From contig JBDRGF010000058.1 in the NCBI GenBank assembly GCA_043818055.1, positions 1-37,352 of the forward strand: a DNA stretch of 37,352 bases, given 5' to 3'. Shown here piece by piece: positions 26,828-35,937 of this stretch. The DNA is from Pseudomonadota bacterium. Its GTDB lineage: Bacteria > UBA10199 > 2-02-FULL-44-16 > JBDRGF01. Below the pieces are notes generated by a model. It saw nothing but the letters and a program-made list of their open reading frames with translations, had not been told where the DNA came from and did no database searches. Both the position numbers and the translations under genes were made by a program. Numbering within the stretch: position 1 is the stretch's first letter; every line of letters starts with the position of its first letter.

Positions 26828-26853
26828 ATTTATAAAGAAGACCGCCCGAGATT

Positions 26854-28662
26854 TCACTTCCTCTGTGACGCAGACAAGATATTTTTTCTTATCCTTACGC
26901 TCTTTGGTGTCACTTCGACCTGTTCATCATCGCGAATGAATTCAATTGCCCGCTCCAGTGTTATCGGGATAATAGGGCTCAAGACTGTGCTCTCATCCTT
27001 ACCAGCCGCACGCATGTTTGAAAGCTTCTTCTCCTTGCAGGGATTGACATTCAGATCATTTGATCTGTTGTGCTCTCCGATGATCATCCCCTCGTATACA
27101 GGCATTCCGGCCCTTACGAATAGTATGCCTCTCGGTTCAAGATGAAACAGGCCATATGTGACAGTGTCACCAGGCCTGTCAGCGACTAGCGACCCTGCAG
27201 TGCGATGTACGATGTCCCCTCTGTACGGTTCATATTCCTGAACATACGAGTTCATGAGTCCGGTGCCTTTCGTGTCGGTCAGGAATTCTCCCCGGTATCC
27301 GATCAGTCCACGCGAAGGGATTGAAAATTCAAGTCGCACGCGTCCGGTGCCGTGATTGATCATGTTGACCATTCTGCCCAGCCTCTTTGAAAGTTTCTCT
27401 GTGACGATGCCTGTAAAGGTATCCTGGATGTCGATGAATAGATGTTCGATGGGCTCTAAAAGTTTTCCGTTCTTTTCCTTCATTATCACTTCAGGCCGCC
27501 CGACGCTCAATTCAAATCCCTCTCTGCGCATCATCTCGATCAAAATTGCCATCTGAAATTCGCCGCGTCCTTTTACGATAAAGCTGTCGGCCGTCTGTCC
27601 CAATTCGACTTTGAGGGCGACATTATGAAGGGTCTCCTTCTGCAGACGCTCAAGTATTTTTCGCGACTGAACAAGGTTTCCTTCACGGCCGGCAAATGGA
27701 GATGTGTTTATCATGAATTTCATAGAGACTGTCGGTTCATCCACGATGAATCTTTTCAAAGCCTTTGGCTTCTCCTGCGTGCAGATAGTATCCCCGATCT
27801 CGATATCTTCAATCCCTGAGAGGATTAAAATATCGCCGGGCTCGACAAAATCGGCCTTCTTTACGCAGATGCCATCGTACACCTGAAGGGATGACACCTT
27901 AAGAGGATGGGGAAGGTCATCATGTGTTATACAGACCAGCCGGTCATTTATTCGAACGCTGCCGTTAAAGACCCGCCCTATCGCGAGCCTTCCCAGATAA
28001 TCGGAATAAGAGAGGTTCGTGACCAGCATCTGAAAGGGTTCGTCCGGATCGTATGATGGAGGCGCAATCTCCTCAACAATAGTGCGAAAGAGGGGGATTA
28101 AATTTTTACTATCATCATTTAAATCTTCTTTGGCGATGCCCTCTTTTGCAATAGCATACAGCACAGGAAATTCTATCTGGCTATCATCGGCGTCGAGGTC
28201 GATGAAGAGGTTGTATATCTCATCGAGGACTTCGCTGCAGCGTGCGTCCTTTCTGTCGATCTTGTTTATGACGACGACTATTTTCAGATGAGCCTGCAGC
28301 GCCTTTTCAAGAACGAATCTCGTCTGCGGAAGGGGACCTTCAGATGCGTCGACGAGAAGGATCGCGCCATCGACCATCTTGAGACCGCGCTCGACCTCTC
28401 CACCGAAATCTGCGTGGCCGGGAGTGTCTATGATATTTATCTTGATGCCCTTCCAATAGACTGCGCAATTCTTCGAGGCGATGGTGATGCCGCGCTCGCG
28501 TTCGAGATCCATGCTATCCATAATGCGATCATCGACCTCCTGATTGACGCGGAAGCTGCCGCTCTGCCGAAGCATGAAATCGACCAATGTAGTTTTGCCA
28601 TGATCGACATGGGCTATGATAGCTATGTTTCTTACGTTTGGGTTTTGTTTAAGTTTTTTCAT
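26854..28662 (-). CDS. typA: Translational GTPase TypA/BipA
   Basis: RNIAIIAHVDHGKTTLVD, DTPGHADFGGEVER, NKID, GRGE, SRGLIG, VYEGMIIG, EVTPKS.R.RK. Start set at MKKLK. Confidence 0.97.
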   Translation of the reverse strand: MKKLKQNPNVRNIAIIAHVDHGKTTLVDFMLRQSGSFRVNQEVDDRIMDSMDLERERGITIASKNCAVYWKGIKINIIDTPGHADFGGEVERGLKMVDGAILLVDASEGPLPQTRFVLEKALQAHLKIVVVINKIDRKDARCSEVLDEIYNLFIDLDADDSQIEFPVLYAIAKEGIAKEDLNDDSKNLIPLFRTIVEEIAPPSYDPDEPFQMLVTNLSYSDYLGRLAIGRVFNGSVRINDRLVCITHDDLPHPLKVSSLQVYDGICVKKADFVEPGDILILSGIEDIEIGDTICTQEKPKALKRFIVDEPTVSMKFMINTSPFAGREGNLVQSRKILERLQKETLHNVALKVELGQTADSFIVKGRGEFQMAILIEMMRREGFELSVGRPEVIMKEKNGKLLEPIEHLFIDIQDTFTGIVTEKLSKRLGRMVNMINHGTGRVRLEFSIPSRGLIGYRGEFLTDTKGTGLMNSYVQEYEPYRGDIVHRTAGSLVADRPGDTVTYGLFHLEPRGILFVRAGMPVYEGMIIGEHNRSNDLNVNPCKEKKLSNMRAAGKDESTVLSPIIPITLERAIEFIRDDEQVEVTPKSVRIRKNILSASQRK

Positions 28663-28718
28663 AAGTGGTGCTTTACTCTCAGAAATCAAACAATTAAGCA
28701 AAAGAAATCTTTATGCTG

Positions 28719-29342
28719 TTAAAAAGCGGTCTGAAGCAGTCTGACCAGCCAGATCACAAGGGCGGCGACAAAGGGGATGGTGATATTGTCATCGACCTCG
28801 GCCATTCCAAGTTTAATTTCGATTCCTTCCACGAACATAGCCACAGAGCTTGCTATCAGGGCCTCAAGAGGATGGACAAAGATCACAGCCCCAATAAATC
28901 CAAGGAAAGCCCCCAAAATAGCCCCTTCGAGGAACTTCTTGTCGTTCAGTGGGTGTCGTATTCTGGCGATATGTCTTACGAATAGTGGCGCAGAATCTCC
29001 AAGGGCCAGAATCATGATGGAGGCCATTATTATGTTTTTCCCCTCGGGACGGTGGATGAAGAGGCCATAAATGATAGCTGTTCCAAGCAGATAGAAAATT
29101 ACCCCTTTGCCGGGAAACTTTTTTAGATGATCCTCCCTTTCAAACCTTTGAAGAAACCAGTGAACGATGGGAATTTTCATCCTTTTACTTAGGATAGATA
29201 GAACTATGCCGAGCAGCAGCAGGATCAAAATAATTTCAAAGTTGAGAATGCCTACATTGATCAGCACGACAAGGCCGACTCCGAAGAGCATGTGAAAGAA
29301 TTGTCTTCTCAGTTCCAGTTTGTTCAACATATCTCTATTCAT
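28719..29342 (-). CDS. Polyprenol/diacylglycerol kinase-like membrane protein (SEC59/DGK1/VTE5 type)
   Basis: ELRRQ.FH, L.RFER, ILALGD, KK..EG, DDN.TIP motifs; multiple transmembrane segments. Confidence 0.8.
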   Translation of the reverse strand: MNRDMLNKLELRRQFFHMLFGVGLVVLINVGILNFEIILILLLLGIVLSILSKRMKIPIVHWFLQRFEREDHLKKFPGKGVIFYLLGTAIIYGLFIHRPEGKNIIMASIMILALGDSAPLFVRHIARIRHPLNDKKFLEGAILGAFLGFIGAVIFVHPLEALIASSVAMFVEGIEIKLGMAEVDDNITIPFVAALVIWLVRLLQTAF

Positions 29343-29357
29343 TCCTCCTATTTCAGA

Positions 29358-30206
29358 TCATATCCTTCCTGAAATATTTAACATCATTCCCCCGTCAATC
29401 GGCATAGCGGAGAGCATCAAGGCATGTCCCTTATCTGGCTTTGGCCTGTGAAAAAGATATGGGATGCCAAAGCCGATAGCGGAGCCGATGAGAGCTCCGC
29501 CTATTACATCGGTTATATAATGTTTGTCGGCTGCGATTCTCAAATATCCGGTTGTCGCGGCCACTGCAAGCCCTGCCCCCCAGATAAGAGGTGCGAGTTT
29601 GTATTCGCGCATCGTTGCAACAGTACCACTCGACACAGCAAGCGCGAATGCAAGGCTAGTATGTCCTGAGTAGAATGATGTGTTATGTTTTGGACTTGTA
29701 AGAGTCGAATCATAATGTGCATCTGGTCTCTGGCGTCCCACAGAAAATTTTACTATCTGGCAAAGTAGCAATGACACAGCCGCTGCCTCTGATATCACAA
29801 GCGCATCGACCGGAAAATTGCTAATCCTCCCCTCACGATTTGCAGCAAAGGCATCCATTCCAAAAGCGATCAACGGTGAGAGGCCGATGGCGGTGATAGC
29901 GCTCAGCGTATCGGAAGCGCCCGTGTTCGACCATTTGAGATTTTTATGTCCCCAGCTATCGAAGCTGTTCACGCCGCACCACTTGCAGGAAGATGATGCA
30001 ATATCATCCTTCAGCAGATCGGTAACAAGCCATGCTGCTGAGGCGGTTGCTGTGACGGCAAGATCGAGATCCAGTTTATACCTCAATTCGGTCGCCGATG
30101 TGTTGACGGGAGTTTCCCCCTTTGCAAAGAGCTGTGTTGGTACAGAGAGAAGAGATATGAGCAACAAGGGCAAAAAATATTTTAAGATAAAAACTCCCAT
30201 GGCCAT
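29358..30206 (-). CDS. PAP2 family phosphatase
   Basis: K....GR.RP, SF.SGH, R..A.KH..TDV motifs; signal peptide. Confidence 0.9.
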   Translation of the reverse strand: MAMGVFILKYFLPLLLISLLSVPTQLFAKGETPVNTSATELRYKLDLDLAVTATASAAWLVTDLLKDDIASSSCKWCGVNSFDSWGHKNLKWSNTGASDTLSAITAIGLSPLIAFGMDAFAANREGRISNFPVDALVISEAAAVSLLLCQIVKFSVGRQRPDAHYDSTLTSPKHNTSFYSGHTSLAFALAVSSGTVATMREYKLAPLIWGAGLAVAATTGYLRIAADKHYITDVIGGALIGSAIGFGIPYLFHRPKPDKGHALMLSAMPIDGGMMLNISGRI

Positions 30207-30282
30207 TTCTTATTTCACATTGAGATATACTTTAAAACAAGATTCTTTTGCTTTTATGAAATGTCGGGAGTAGTCTCGATGT

Positions 30283-31245
30283 ATGATTTTCGGAAAGAAA
30301 AAAATAGGTCTTGCGCTGGGCTCGGGGGCGGCGAAGGGCGGGGCTCATATAGGTGTATTGAGGGCGTTGAAAGAGGCCGAAATTCCAATCCATTATATAG
30401 CAGGTACGAGCATCGGATCTATGATAGCCGCCATTTTTTGTAGCGGTCAGTTGGAAGCCTTTGAGGAATTCGTTCGCAAGGTCGATTGGAAGGATTTTCT
30501 CGACACATTTCGCTTAAGCTTTTCCAAAGAGGGGCTATTCAAAGACAAAAAGATATACGAACTTCTGAACAGATTCATCACGCTTGATGATATTTCAAAA
30601 AGCTCCATCCCATTGTTTATCATTGCAACCGATCTTGCAAACGGAGACGAAATTTGTTTCAAAAGAGGTGCTGCTGTTGAAGCGGTGAGGGCTAGCATCT
30701 CAATACCTGGGATCTTTCCGCCTGTCAAAATCGGTGAACATCTCTATGTCGATGGGGGGCTCGTTGATCCGCTTCCAATAAAACATCTCAAAGAGGCGGG
30801 CTCGGATATAACTATTGCCGTCGATCTTAACAGCGAGGTGTTGAACCGAAGGCTGGCCATGTTAAACCTCGAGGCTCTTTTGAAAGGTTCAGCCGAAGAG
30901 GGTGGGGAAAAGATTGTTTCCACGAACCGGGTGTTGGCATTCTTAAAAAAACAGCAGCACAATATCGAAGACTCTGTGAAGCGAAAGCTTGCGGGGGCTG
31001 TTACTTCCGATGATATTTCGATGAATGTTCTCGACACACTTGCGCTCACGATAGACATAGCCGAGAAAAAGCTGACTGAAGCCAATCTAAGAAAATACAA
31101 AGCCGACTTTCTCATCCAGCCGAAGGTGAGCAACATCCATCCATTTCACTTCACGCAGATGGTAACCGGAATCGAAGCCGGATATACTGCCGCTCAGGCG
31201 ATCATTCCAAAGATAAAGAAGAGGATGGAATCTTTTTTCAGGTAA
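30283..31245 (+). CDS. Patatin-like phospholipase
   Basis: LALGSGAAKG..HIGV, GTSIG, AS.SIPG.F.P, DGG motifs. Confidence 0.93.
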   Translation: MIFGKKKIGLALGSGAAKGGAHIGVLRALKEAEIPIHYIAGTSIGSMIAAIFCSGQLEAFEEFVRKVDWKDFLDTFRLSFSKEGLFKDKKIYELLNRFITLDDISKSSIPLFIIATDLANGDEICFKRGAAVEAVRASISIPGIFPPVKIGEHLYVDGGLVDPLPIKHLKEAGSDITIAVDLNSEVLNRRLAMLNLEALLKGSAEEGGEKIVSTNRVLAFLKKQQHNIEDSVKRKLAGAVTSDDISMNVLDTLALTIDIAEKKLTEANLRKYKADFLIQPKVSNIHPFHFTQMVTGIEAGYTAAQAIIPKIKKRMESFFR

Positions 31246-32431
31246 CGACGGAATTTTTGGAATCCTCTGTTTCGCTGCCATCATCCATCAGATTGTAGAT
31301 TATGTATATTATGATCGTTCCAAGTATGAGCGATGCGCCGAAGAAGGTGAAGAGAAAATTTATCCCCATGAGATCGAAAATAATTCCTGCTATCAGTGGA
31401 GCGATGGTCATGCCGATGCTCATCGCTGTGCTGAAGATACCCATAGTGCTTCCCATCCCCAAACTCCGTCCGGCGTTAGCTGCCATCGCAGTTGAACTCG
31501 ACATGGAGATCGCGCCTCCCAATCCCAAAAGGCAGTTGACCATTACAAGCTCGATGAAATTTTTGCACGATGGAATCAGAAAGAGGCTTGCAGCCATGAC
31601 AATCATGCCGATGAGGACAAGGTGAAATCGATTGAATCTATCGGCAAGCTTGCCAAATGGCCTCTGAAAGATCGCCATGAAATAGACATTGAGAGAGATG
31701 ATTATGCCGATCTTATCTGTGGGGATGTTTATTTTAGCCGCGTACAAAGGAATGAAGGCCATTATTCCACCCCTGCCGAGTGCGCTGAATATTCGGAAGA
31801 TGATGAGTGGTAAAACCTTGCTGTGAAAGATTATCTTTCTGAAAGAGGCGAGTGGAATTTTATTTTCCTTATCGAGCCCGATTTTAATATCGGGCAACAA
31901 GAAGAGGCATAGGGAGAAGGCGATGAGAGCAAAGATAGCCATGCAATAAAATACTGCGTTGAAACCAAACTTTTGGTTAACAAACCCGCCCAAAAGGGGA
32001 CCCGTAGCCCAGCCCAGAAAGAGCGCCATGCTGAATGTCCCCATCGTTTTTCCCTCTTTTCCATGCTTCGTCAATTGGGCGATGTAAGCCATGGCGACAG
32101 GAACGACCATAGCTGAAGATACGCCCTGAAGGAGTCTCGCCAGCACTAAACCAAAGACATTTTCGGCAAGAAGATATAGCAGCGAACATGCGGAGTATAG
32201 GAAGAGCCCCGTCAGTATGAATTTCTTTTTGCTGTGTTTGTCGGAGAGCCGGCCGATGATAGGCATAAGGATAAGGCGCGATATGGAGAAGGCGGATATC
32301 ACAAGGCCGAGATATAATCCAGTTGCACCCATATTTTTTGCAAGCGTGGGTATCAGTGGATAGATGACACCGAGCCCGATCATTGAGGTAAAGACCGAAA
32401 TCAATAATGTGTTGAAGATCCTGTTGGCCAT
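31238..32431 (-). CDS. MFS transporter (DHA1-like)
   Basis: About 12 hydrophobic segments; GRLSDK.., RLLQG, GP..GG, GKLADR motifs. Confidence 0.93.
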   Translation of the reverse strand: MANRIFNTLLISVFTSMIGLGVIYPLIPTLAKNMGATGLYLGLVISAFSISRLILMPIIGRLSDKHSKKKFILTGLFLYSACSLLYLLAENVFGLVLARLLQGVSSAMVVPVAMAYIAQLTKHGKEGKTMGTFSMALFLGWATGPLLGGFVNQKFGFNAVFYCMAIFALIAFSLCLFLLPDIKIGLDKENKIPLASFRKIIFHSKVLPLIIFRIFSALGRGGIMAFIPLYAAKINIPTDKIGIIISLNVYFMAIFQRPFGKLADRFNRFHLVLIGMIVMAASLFLIPSCKNFIELVMVNCLLGLGGAISMSSSTAMAANAGRSLGMGSTMGIFSTAMSIGMTIAPLIAGIIFDLMGINFLFTFFGASLILGTIIIYIIYNLMDDGSETEDSKNSVVT

Positions 32432-32509
32432 TACCTTTTCTCATAATCCAACTGACGAATATTACAACAAAAGAAGATGAAAAGATAATTGAAGTGACGG
32501 GGAGTTTTT

Positions 32510-32644
32510 ATAGCATTTTCAACCTTTGAGCCCCTCTCCCTTGACGGGAGAGGGTTTGGGAGAGGGTGTTTGTTTTGCTATCGAAATCACCCTCCCCTTA
32601 ATCCCCTCCCCTCAAGGGAGGGGAGCATAGAGTAGTGATGCTAT
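32510..32644. repeat. G/C-run palindromic repeat bracketed by ATAGCAT/ATGCTAT
   Basis: CCCTCTCCC-TTGAC-GGGAGAGGG, GAGGGTG/CACCCTC and CCCCTCCC-CTCAA-GGGAGGGG hairpins (32531-32624); 7-bp outer inverted repeat at 32510-32516 and 32638-32644. Confidence 0.8.
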
Positions 32645-32713
32645 TTTCAAAAAAGCATCCAACTTTTTCAGATAATTATTGCCGTATGAACTATATACAT
32701 TTAAATTGTCGTT

Positions 32714-33190
32714 ATGGATTACGCTGCACATGGATTCTGGAGCTATATAATCTTTCATAGGATAAAGAGGCCGATATATGCTGTAATATTTGGTCTTCTA
32801 CCCGACACGTTCTCATGGGTGATCTTTGCTGCTTACAGATTGTTAACCGGCGGGAGTTTTGGCAGGCCTGTGCTAAATGAAATGCCGGAGTGGGTATTTG
32901 TCCTTTATAACATCAGTCATAGTTTATTCGTGGCGATGTTTGTGATTTTAGTGACCTTCATCATCTTAAGACGCGTTCCAATATACATCTTCGCCTGGCC
33001 GATCGCCATCGTCATGGATCTTCTGACGCACAGAAGAGATTTTTTGCCCACACCCTTTTTGTGGCCCATTTCCGATTGGGCGTTTCCGGGGATCAGCTGG
33101 GGGTCGTGGCAGTTCATGGTCGTCAACTACACTGCGATCTGCATATCATTATTCCTCATCTTTTTCTTACGACGTCATAAAAAAACATAG
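32714..33190 (+). CDS. Membrane-bound metal-dependent hydrolase-like protein
   Basis: H near N-terminus, G.LPD, HSL, D..TH, LWP motifs with transmembrane segments. Confidence 0.65.
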   Translation: MDYAAHGFWSYIIFHRIKRPIYAVIFGLLPDTFSWVIFAAYRLLTGGSFGRPVLNEMPEWVFVLYNISHSLFVAMFVILVTFIILRRVPIYIFAWPIAIVMDLLTHRRDFLPTPFLWPISDWAFPGISWGSWQFMVVNYTAICISLFLIFFLRRHKKT

Positions 33191-33240
33191 CCTCCCCCGA
33201 ATTGATTGCTGAAAATATTAAATTGTAGTAATGAGGGAAT

Positions 33241-33936
33241 ATGCCCGATCTTATAAACAGGTTTCAATTCAACATGAATGATTTTAAAGAGGATGGCCTC
33301 TATCTTCTGACAAAAGATAAACGGCTCGAATTTACCAATACGAAGATCAAAGGATTGGCAGATGAATTTTGGAACAATTCCGCCAAGCTCTCAGCCGATA
33401 TAAAAGAAGCGACTGAATTCAAACGCTGTGATTTTTGCCCACTCAATGAAACAGGAAATATGTGCGATGCCATAAGGCCAACCCTTCCACTCATCGACCA
33501 GCTTGGGGGATACAATTCATTTGATCAGGTGACAGCAATATATAAAGAGGTAGGCAAGAAAGAGCTGCATATTGCAGACACGGACATGCAAAACGCTTTG
33601 AGATATATTTCAATTTTGAGCCTCACACAGTATTGTCAGAAGGCGAAGATGTTTTATAGATATTTTAAAGGTGTCATTCCGATCATGGACAGTGACGATG
33701 TAGCAAAACAGATATACATGAATATTTACTGGATCAACAGGGGAGAGGAAAAACTCATTCAAAGCGAGCTCGATAAATTTAAAAAGGTGCTCTTTATCAC
33801 AACGCAGAACCAGAATAACAGGCTGGATATCATCATGAAGGAAGATTCTCTGAAAAATGCCTTTGCCATAGTGCATATCGTATCAGAACTCTTGTCTATG
33901 AATGCTGAAAATTTGATTAAAAAATCTCTGGAGTAA
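33241..33936 (+). CDS. Hypothetical protein (DUF6901-like)
   Basis: 231 aa ORF; C..CPL....C cluster and a later conserved-looking Cys; family call from memory only. Confidence 0.55.
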   Translation: MPDLINRFQFNMNDFKEDGLYLLTKDKRLEFTNTKIKGLADEFWNNSAKLSADIKEATEFKRCDFCPLNETGNMCDAIRPTLPLIDQLGGYNSFDQVTAIYKEVGKKELHIADTDMQNALRYISILSLTQYCQKAKMFYRYFKGVIPIMDSDDVAKQIYMNIYWINRGEEKLIQSELDKFKKVLFITTQNQNNRLDIIMKEDSLKNAFAIVHIVSELLSMNAENLIKKSLE

Positions 33937-33950
33937 TTATTAAGAATCGT

Positions 33951-35129
33951 ATGAATTGTCGCGTCATCCTGATTTTTTTATTTTTAATAGCCTTCATGCA
34001 AGGTTGCAATTCCGGTACTACAGTTCCCTTTCCGGACGATTTTCAACAGCGTGTCACCTCAGCCTTCCAGCAATCGCTGAGCGATAACGGTTTTCCCGGT
34101 GGTGTGCTTGGCATCATAAGACTCTCCGATGAGGCTACGATGTACGTTGCCGCCGGCATGGCTCAAGCTGATGACATAACGAACGGCGATCAGAGCCTCT
34201 GGGATACGAAGACTCCGATGACTACAAATATGAAGTTTCGTATAGCCAGCATCACAAAGCCATTCACCGCGACAATGATATTGATGCTAGTAAAACAGGG
34301 CAGGCTCTCGCTCGATCAGACCATTGACGACTTTTTTTTAAATTTGGTTCCGAACAGCTCGACTATCACAATTCGCAATCTCCTCAGCATGACCAGCGGC
34401 CTTTACGATCATGAAAATTCGCCATTCATGGATGAATATACGACATGCGGTTCTCTAACAGAATACTTCACACCTGAAGAGCTCATCGGCTATTCAAATG
34501 ATTTTAGCGGAGGTACTGTCTATTTCGAACCCGGCACCTTTTATAACTACTGCAATACAAACTACACGATACTGGCTATGATCGCCCAGAGGGCGACCGG
34601 TAAAACTTATAAGCAGCTGATCACAGACATGATAATAAATTATCTTGGACTTCGTGGCACATCCGTTCCGGGGGATGATGACACGAGCATGCCCTCTCCG
34701 AACGCACACGGATATTATACCTGTGATACGACGAACTTGTGGAGGGATTACAGCGTACAGAATATGTCGTGGGATCTCGCCGCAGGCAATATCATATCCA
34801 CGGCATCGGATCTCCTGCGCATGATGGAGGCCATCTACACAGGCGAGCTGATCGGCGCGGAACTAAAAGATGAGATGTTCACTCCACCATCCGTCAACAA
34901 CGCTGAGACTGGGGCACCCAGCAGCTATGGTCTGGGCATAGAGATCACGCCGGATGCAGTACATCACGAAGGGGCGAATCCGGGTTACAACGGGATAATG
35001 GCTTATTATAAAGGATACTATATCTCGATCCTTCTCAATGCAGGCGTGTACGCAAGCTTAAACGGCGAACAGCTGACGACGACAGTCTCAAATGTTTTTG
35101 CTGATGTTTATACAGCGATCGCACAATGA
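33951..35129 (+). CDS. Serine hydrolase (beta-lactamase-related) lipoprotein
   Basis: Lipobox-like MQGC; FRIASITK (SxxK), YCN.NY (YxN), H.G..PGY. Confidence 0.9.
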   Translation: MNCRVILIFLFLIAFMQGCNSGTTVPFPDDFQQRVTSAFQQSLSDNGFPGGVLGIIRLSDEATMYVAAGMAQADDITNGDQSLWDTKTPMTTNMKFRIASITKPFTATMILMLVKQGRLSLDQTIDDFFLNLVPNSSTITIRNLLSMTSGLYDHENSPFMDEYTTCGSLTEYFTPEELIGYSNDFSGGTVYFEPGTFYNYCNTNYTILAMIAQRATGKTYKQLITDMIINYLGLRGTSVPGDDDTSMPSPNAHGYYTCDTTNLWRDYSVQNMSWDLAAGNIISTASDLLRMMEAIYTGELIGAELKDEMFTPPSVNNAETGAPSSYGLGIEITPDAVHHEGANPGYNGIMAYYKGYYISILLNAGVYASLNGEQLTTTVSNVFADVYTAIAQ

Positions 35130-35138
35130 CGGGTAATA

Positions 35139-35828
35139 TTATTGCCTCTCGAAGGTTAGCGTTCCGATCGGTGTTCTCACGCCATTTACCATAAAGTTCC
35201 CGGCATCGCTCGCATGGATGAGCTCGGGGGGGAGCGTTTCGATATCGATTGATTCATATGATGTTCCACTGTCAGTTCCAGCATCCCAGACATATAGATC
35301 GAGCTCTTTTGTCTCCACCCATTCCTCATTTTCTATCAAAGATAGTCCTGAGACGCCTACGAACCAATCGGGGCTGGGGCTGATTTTGGAGATGAGGGTC
35401 ACGAGCGGAAAGTCATCATCCACCTCTATGTTTAAAGTTATTGATCCGGGCGTTGAAGCCAATCCATCAGCCGAAATAACATTTCGGGCGTTGTCATTGT
35501 CGATGATAGAATTTATCAGAGTTAGCATGTCCGACTCATCTCCTCCTTCGGCAAATTTTTTCAATTCTGAAATCGCAGTTGCCTGATCAGACCATAACGA
35601 AGCGTTGCTGTTATGATTGATTCCTATCAACTTGGATAAACTGGCATTAGCGGGAAAATCTTTTGGATGTGTCGTGCCGCTCCATGTGGATAGTAAAGTG
35701 ACTTTATAGGTTTCAGAGCTGTCGGATGAAGATGTGAACATCGATAGCGGATTCAGCGCATCCAAACCGCAACCGGTTAGCTGGAAGATGAAGAGAATTA
35801 CAAAAAGGAATTTAATAAAATTTTTCAT
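35139..35828 (-). CDS. Spondin_N domain lipoprotein
   Basis: Lipobox LTGC; W...THP.DFP, AE.G, PSPDWFVG, WDAGTDSG motifs. Confidence 0.88.
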   Translation of the reverse strand: MKNFIKFLFVILFIFQLTGCGLDALNPLSMFTSSSDSSETYKVTLLSTWSGTTHPKDFPANASLSKLIGINHNSNASLWSDQATAISELKKFAEGGDESDMLTLINSIIDNDNARNVISADGLASTPGSITLNIEVDDDFPLVTLISKISPSPDWFVGVSGLSLIENEEWVETKELDLYVWDAGTDSGTSYESIDIETLPPELIHASDAGNFMVNGVRTPIGTLTFERQ

Positions 35829-35937
35829 AAAGTGAGCCCGCCACTATAAAAACATTATGCGCCAATTTACCCGAGTCATCAGCACTTGTCGATTATTAAC
35901 TTTTTTTTACTCCATAAAAATGTAAAAATCAGGGATC

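Noticed and set aside
26740..26830. Possible tRNA or tRNA fragment at the right element boundary (GGTTCGGAAT, GAGGGTTTCAAACCCTC resemble a T-arm)
   Set aside because: No cloverleaf, D-arm or CCA can be built; the hairpin is explained as a REP matching its inverted partner.
26669..26857. 62-aa ORF as an independent gene
   Set aside because: Its first half is translated REP sequence; only the part from LP onward is meaningful, as the detached integrase tail.
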